Below are positions 19,715 through 24,000 of a stretch of 24,000 nucleotides of DNA, one piece after another; position 1 is the stretch's first letter, and each line of letters starts with the position of its first letter. The notes beneath the pieces are model-generated. The model saw nothing but the letters and a program-made list of their open reading frames with translations, ran no database searches and was not told the origin of the DNA. The stretch covers positions 5,787 through 29,786 of the forward strand of contig CAVRBA010000028.1 in the NCBI GenBank assembly GCA_963719015.1. Reading direction: 5' to 3'. A program made the position numbers and the translations under genes. This stretch comes from an uncultured delta proteobacterium (lineage in GTDB: Bacteria; Desulfobacterota; Desulfobacteria; Desulfobacterales; SG8-13).

Positions 19715-19825
19715 GCAGCCGTTAGATAGCGTCTCGACTGCGCCGTCACCGTCGGGGCAAGATTCCACCGCAAGGGCATTTCCATGCGTGCCTTCTTTGT
19801 GCATATTTTCGATCCTTCTTCCTTC

Positions 19826-19892
19826 ATTCAATGACCTCTGGCAAAGCCGCTATTTAAAACCGTTGTCTCGGGCAACCAACCGGTCAATAAAT
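19826..19892 (-). promoter_or_regulatory. Structured leader element, copy A (upstream of hgcA)
   Basis: Terminal arms ATTTATTGACC / GGTCATTGAAT (10 of 11 pairs including one GU), a GGC-TTT-GCC hairpin near the 3' arm, and similarity to copy B at 22430-22529. Confidence 0.5.
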
Positions 19893-20107
19893 TTTTAATA
19901 ATACATAATAATCATTGTCTCAGGTATATGTTAACTTCTGGGACTGTCATACTTTGGGTGTCTCTCCAGTAACGTAGAGGGGTTACCGATGATTATTATT
20001 CCGCATAGTCATCAAAATACTCTCGAGCGGCGACTTTGCATGATCTCCGAAGAGTGGTGGGAGATCACCGTACTGTGACCCGATATGCGCTTGCGGGCGA
20101 ATGTTAG

Positions 20108-20207
20108 GTGGTTGTCAAAAAATGCTCTGATATTCGATCATTTTTTCTACAACCACTTATACCACCCTTCTGAATTTAGGAATTTATTTTTGATAAACGG
20201 TATAAAG
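20108..20207 (-). repeat. About 100 bp repeat element, copy 2, inverted relative to copy 1 at 18092-18193
   Basis: The reverse complement ctttataccgtttatcaaaaataaattcc...gaagggtggtataagtggttgtagaaaaaatgatcg...gagcattttttgacaaccac aligns along its full length to copy 1. Outer stem GTGGTTGT/ACAACCAC and inner stem AAAAAATG/CATTTTTT. Confidence 0.8.
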
Positions 20208-20259
20208 GGCGGATTCGGCGTTAAAAAATCGTCAGACCTTATGCGCTGGAGTCAAGATG

Positions 20260-21309
20260 TCATTTTTTTTTGGACTTGATTTCCAGGTCATCGCCGGAAT
20301 ATCCAAAAGCGGTCAGGATGGAGTGGGCGACCTTGACGGTGTCTTCTGGGCTTAGATGGGTTTCCACTAAGATATTGGTGCCTTCGATATTGACCGGAAG
20401 CCGCAATTCATCGGGGTCTTCTCTAAAGTAATACTTGTTGTCCACCGAATGCCAAAGCAGTCTCTCGACGTCCTGGTCGTGCTTCTTAATCAAAACTTCA
20501 CACAGTTTAAGAAGAAATTGGTCCCAGGCTTCCACCTTGAAAGAGTCTTCTGCGAAGGTAAATGCGTTGATAACTTGCCCTTTGTAGGTTTGGGGGTTCG
20601 GAAAAGACGCCTTTTCCTGTTCGGCGGCCTCTTCGACGGCTCCGGCTTGGCCGAGTTCTGTCAAAAACTCGGCGATCATTTTTTTATCGGGCTTGTAACC
20701 GCACAATTTTTCGACAGTATCACTGAAAAGATTAACCAGTTTCTCGTGGGGCTCGGAAATAATCTGGTTCCAGGCCTTTCCCATCGATTTTTGTATGAGT
20801 TTGCGTTGGCGTTTGGTCTGAATCGATTCGGCAATCTTAAGGGCTTTGCCCTTGGCCACATTGTCCTTTTCAAGCAGTTCGATTAGTCGGGTCGCCACTT
20901 CCTTGGACGGTTGTTTCAAAAGATCGAAGGCACAAAATCTTTTCTGCTCAAACGACCCTTCGCTGAAAGAAAGATAGAACCACCACCTTACCCCGTCGGT
21001 CAATACGGCCAGCTTTGCGCCTTCATTGAGAGCCGAGCCGAGCAGTTCCTTCTGGCAACCTTTGAGATCCTCACCGACTTTTTCCACACCGATAAAGACG
21101 GTGTCGATATTGCTCGTTCGCAATGCGAAATCGATTAGAGAAGATTTTACAGAGTGATCCGGTTTGACTTCATCGACATCGAAAATATCCCATCCCAGAA
21201 GGGACAACAACCGGATGACAATGGCCTGCTTTGTGGAGGCTTTGTCGAATGTGCTGAGTCTTTTGTTCGTTTTCAGCGTTTCGAAAAAGGCGATGATTTG
21301 TTTTTCCAT
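20260..21309 (-). CDS. Type I restriction HsdR N-terminal-like (PD-(D/E)XK) domain protein, orphan
   Basis: 'SFDKASTKQAIVIRLLSLLGWDIFDVDEVKPDHS...IDFALR...VFIGVEKVGEDLKGCQKELLGSALNEGAKLAVLTDGVRWWFYL' is typical of HSDR_N-like domains. No hsdM, hsdS or helicase domain nearby. Confidence 0.75.
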   Translation of the reverse strand: MEKQIIAFFETLKTNKRLSTFDKASTKQAIVIRLLSLLGWDIFDVDEVKPDHSVKSSLIDFALRTSNIDTVFIGVEKVGEDLKGCQKELLGSALNEGAKLAVLTDGVRWWFYLSFSEGSFEQKRFCAFDLLKQPSKEVATRLIELLEKDNVAKGKALKIAESIQTKRQRKLIQKSMGKAWNQIISEPHEKLVNLFSDTVEKLCGYKPDKKMIAEFLTELGQAGAVEEAAEQEKASFPNPQTYKGQVINAFTFAEDSFKVEAWDQFLLKLCEVLIKKHDQDVERLLWHSVDNKYYFREDPDELRLPVNIEGTNILVETHLSPEDTVKVAHSILTAFGYSGDDLEIKSKKK

Positions 21310-21564
21310 GAAAGTATTTTAGTCAATTTTCCTTAGAAAATCAATCAGTTTTTAAATATTAACACCCGCCTGCCGCTCAAATTCAAGCGCTGGACTTGCA
21401 AACGGAGCCGTATCGAACACGTTCAAACATGAAATTGCTCCTTTGCCTTGAGGCCATCGTTTTAACGAAGAGTCCATCGGTAATCTGAAAGTGAATTGTG
21501 TTTCGAATCGGACAACGCATTTCCGGGTCAACCGGTTGCGAACACCCGATGACAAGTAGACGGA

Positions 21565-22410
21565 TTACCCCTGGAGTTGATAAAGGATGGCAGTAACGAC
21601 CGCATATCCGAGGACAGCGATGGAGACACTGACGCAGCAACCGGCCAGAAGCCTGTGAGCCTGACTTTCCCGCCTCTTTTCCTGATAGCCCAAAAGAGCA
21701 CCGAGTAACGCACCGGCAATGCCGCCGCCGATATGCCCCCAGCTATCAATGACCGGTATAATGAGGCCGAATATGATTAGCCCGATCGCCCACGCACCGA
21801 CCTGGCGGTAGATCGCCTGACCGTAGACCCCGCCGCGGCTCTTACCGTAATACAGGACGGCCCCGATCAGGCTGCAAACCGCTGCCGAGGCGCCGATGGT
21901 ATAATCATTACCTGCAAGGTAAGATACCAGAAAACCGGCCGTCCCCCCGACGGTGTAGATGATGAACATCCGGTAGGTGCCGAATTCTCTCACAGCGAGC
22001 GAAGCGAGTTGCGTAAAAGCGACCATGTTGAAAAAAATGTGCAGAATGCCGCCGTGCAAATAATTGGCTGACAGCAGGCTCCACCACCGCCCGTATTCGT
22101 CAATAGGGACCGTGCCGGTCATTCCCAGTAAAAGCAGACTTTTAATATCCGGCGACAAGAATACCAACGGGTTCATCGACAGCCCGATGCGGCTAGAACT
22201 GAGCAAAAGGGAAAGGAGAAAGAGACCGACATTTACCGCCACCACACCGCGGATGAGGCGATCCGAATGTTTCAGTCCGATGGCACTCGAAAAACGGTTC
22301 CAGAAAGAAGCGGGTCGCTTGAGAGCGCAGTAAGGGCATCGCGGTTCGCTTCGACTGATAAGCTTCCCGCAGTTGGGGCACAACATCGACTGCCGCTGGT
22401 TGGCGTTCAC
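21565..22410 (-). CDS. Rhomboid-family intramembrane serine protease with N-terminal zinc ribbon
   Basis: N-terminal CPNCG...CPYC ribbon; rhomboid motifs 'HIFFNM', 'GASAAVCSLIGA' (GxSx) and 'SWGHIGGGIAGALLG'; multiple TM segments. GTG start with AGGA upstream. Confidence 0.9.
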   Translation of the reverse strand: MNANQRQSMLCPNCGKLISRSEPRCPYCALKRPASFWNRFSSAIGLKHSDRLIRGVVAVNVGLFLLSLLLSSSRIGLSMNPLVFLSPDIKSLLLLGMTGTVPIDEYGRWWSLLSANYLHGGILHIFFNMVAFTQLASLAVREFGTYRMFIIYTVGGTAGFLVSYLAGNDYTIGASAAVCSLIGAVLYYGKSRGGVYGQAIYRQVGAWAIGLIIFGLIIPVIDSWGHIGGGIAGALLGALLGYQEKRRESQAHRLLAGCCVSVSIAVLGYAVVTAILYQLQG

Positions 22411-22429
22411 TCGTTATCCTGATGCTGGA

Positions 22430-22529
22430 ATTCAATGACCTCCGGCAAAGCCGGAGCAATGGCTTGTGAGCTGCGCAATGCCGGTCTTTAAGAACCATTA
22501 TTTCAGGCAATCAGCCGCGGTCATTGAAT
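22430..22529 (-). promoter_or_regulatory. Structured leader element, copy B (upstream of the rhomboid gene)
   Basis: 100-bp element with perfect 11-bp terminal inverted repeats (ATTCAATGACC...GGTCATTGAAT), a nested perfect hairpin CTCCGGC-(3 nt)-GCCGGAG at 22440-22456, and similarity to copy A. Confidence 0.6.
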
Positions 22530-22614
22530 GAAGATTATTATACGATAGCACGTCATCCGGCATGCCGTCACACCGTCGGTTGACCCGCCGGGTCAATGAT
22601 AACGCAATACAAAA

Positions 22615-22634
22615 GGGTGGCCGCTGGACCACCC
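22615..22634 (-). terminator. Possible terminator hairpin downstream of the cytochrome gene
   Basis: GGGTGG...CCACCC followed on the minus strand by TTTT; about 145 nt past the cytochrome stop codon. Confidence 0.4.
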
Positions 22635-22778
22635 CTAAATGAGGCTGAATCAATTAAAAAAATATTGCATAGAAAATAATACCGCCAAAGACGCGATCAT
22701 GCAAGCCGCATGCCCTTCGATTGCCGGTCCGAGAGAGTTCGATATCAAGCCATTTTTTTATTAAATTGCCTCCCGGAT

Positions 22779-23255
22779 TTATTTGGGATGACACTCGATA
22801 CAGCCCGATGGGCCGCTGGAAGGCAGCGCTTCGTCCAGCACCTGGTATGATTTTGCAGTGGCCAGGTTCTTGGCGCGGATATCCTTGTGGCACCCGATAC
22901 AGGACTTATGAAAGGCATATTTAAAGTACTTGATCGACACGTCGGAGTAAGAAAGGTAATTATTGGATGTTTTCGGCGCACTGGTTAGATCATGGCAACC
23001 GCTGGTCATGCATCCTTGAATCTTCTCGTCACCCTCCCATGTGTGGTGGCACTGTTTGCAATCGCTTGCGAAATGCCTTGCATGGGGGAATTCGACCGCG
23101 CTCTTTTGTGGGCTGACCCCTTCCGGCGGGCTGAGCGTTATCACGCCCATTGGAACACACATCTCTTCTACAGCGTCCTGCCCGAAAACATTGAGAGTCA
23201 ATCCGAACATGATAATCAACACCGCGCACAACAACCCCATTGCTTTGGCCTGCAT
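22779..23255 (-). CDS. Periplasmic class III (tetraheme) cytochrome c3-like protein
   Basis: Signal peptide and four heme-binding motifs CKQCH, CMTSGCH, CIGCH and CIECH. Start set at ATG 23255. Confidence 0.9.
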   Translation of the reverse strand: MQAKAMGLLCAVLIIMFGLTLNVFGQDAVEEMCVPMGVITLSPPEGVSPQKSAVEFPHARHFASDCKQCHHTWEGDEKIQGCMTSGCHDLTSAPKTSNNYLSYSDVSIKYFKYAFHKSCIGCHKDIRAKNLATAKSYQVLDEALPSSGPSGCIECHPK

Positions 23256-23664
23256 TGTCAATCCCCCTTTGATTCGTGATACTGCGCCGATCAACCGTAT
23301 ATGCGTTACTAAAAGGTAATTGATACCCACCCGATTTGTGTGCTGTATGAATGCAATAGAATAGGAAAAATTTCAACCAAAAAATTGGATTTCAGCTCAC
23401 AAAAGCCGTCCAATCCTTCCTGGTCAGCGTCAGAATTACTATGGGTTTGACAGGTAGAACCATTTTTACTAACAATAGTTACTCCGGCTGAGTCATCGTT
23501 GCAGGTGGGTTCAGCCAATTATCCAATAACCGGACCCATAGATACCGGGGCGACCCTCCTGATTCTGAGGCCAATTTCGACCCGGTGCCGCTGCGCGTCT
23601 GTGGGACGTAAGCCAACTCGATCAGCCAACCGCCATCCACCATTCTGAAAGGAACGAAGGTTGC

Positions 23665-24000
23665 ATGACGATAGATGTTAAAACTCCAGCGAAACCACCG
23701 CTGACCGAAAAGCTGATTAGCTTGGGGATTCTCTCGGCACTGGCCCTTATTGCTGTCAGTATCTTTAAGGTTCAATCCGATTTCAATCCCGCTGTCGTCC
23801 AGCTTTATTCTGAACCGACAGTGAACAGCTCGTCACCCCCGGCTTTGTCGGCGCCAGCGGCAATGATGCCCCTGCCCAAAGGATTTACGACATTGACACC
23901 GCCTGAAACCTTCGAAGCTCGCTCACTGTCCGACAAGATCAACGGCAAAGCGGAGCTGTATTTATCTGCGGGTTTCAAGCGGTTGCAAAGCCAGCGGTTG
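23665..24000 (+). CDS. Partial CDS, N-terminally membrane-anchored protein of unknown function, truncated by the window end
   Basis: ATG 23665 preceded by AAGGAACGAAGG. Open frame MTIDVKTPAKPPLTEKLISLGILSALALIAVSIFKVQSDFNPAVVQLYSE...ARSLSDKINGKAELYLSAGFKRLQSQRL to the edge. Not in the ORF track because it has no stop in the window. Confidence 0.8.
   Translation, partial: MTIDVKTPAKPPLTEKLISLGILSALALIAVSIFKVQSDFNPAVVQLYSEPTVNSSSPPALSAPAAMMPLPKGFTTLTPPETFEARSLSDKINGKAELYLSAGFKRLQSQRL

Noticed and set aside
19450-19827. 125-aa minus-strand ORF starting MKEEGSKICTKK near hgcA
   Set aside because: Its frame differs from HgcA and it overlaps the conserved hgcA coding region. The ATG at 19804 in the HgcA frame, read through TGA, fits better.
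22440-22500. GGCAAAGCC-containing element considered as a cyclic-di-GMP (GEMM) riboswitch
   Set aside because: It has the short GCAAAGCC-like string but lacks the GGGACGCAAAGCC core context, GNRA tetraloop and tetraloop receptor arrangement. The better-supported orientation relative to the gene is also the opposite strand.
1-24000. CRISPR arrays, prophage, IS elements with transposase, secondary-metabolite clusters
   Set aside because: No regularly spaced direct repeats, no transposase, integrase or phage structural genes, and no biosynthetic megaenzymes were seen in any frame.

Overview
This 24 kb bacterial window looks like a sulfate-reducing Desulfobacterota genome, an inference from gene content. 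Features supported from the sequence include tRNA-Glu(CUC), an MltB-like transglycosylase, radA, rlmE, yebC, nadA, lolA, a zinc-ribbon thioredoxin, and an NtrC-type two-component pair with a frameshifted kinase. Also present are a frameshifted LUD-domain gene, a TPP riboswitch with attenuator followed by thiM-thiE-thiL-thiD, a mercury-methylation locus (hgcA-hgcB, minus strand), an HsdR_N-like protein, a zinc-ribbon rhomboid protease, a tetraheme class III cytochrome c, and a partial CDS at each window edge. The most interesting region is around hgcAB. (1) The hgcA frame extends upstream through one in-frame TGA to an ATG with a good Shine-Dalgarno. The TGA is followed by a hairpin with TGCAGGT at the same offset as in the E. 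coli fdhF SECIS as I recall it, which makes it a candidate selenocysteine-containing HgcA. (2) hgcAB is bracketed by two ~100 bp imperfect inverted repeats with conserved internal stem-loops. (3) A structured leader element lies about 20 nt upstream of the inferred starts of both hgcA and the rhomboid gene. Other observations are two one-base frameshifts and an unannotated 38-aa membrane microprotein.
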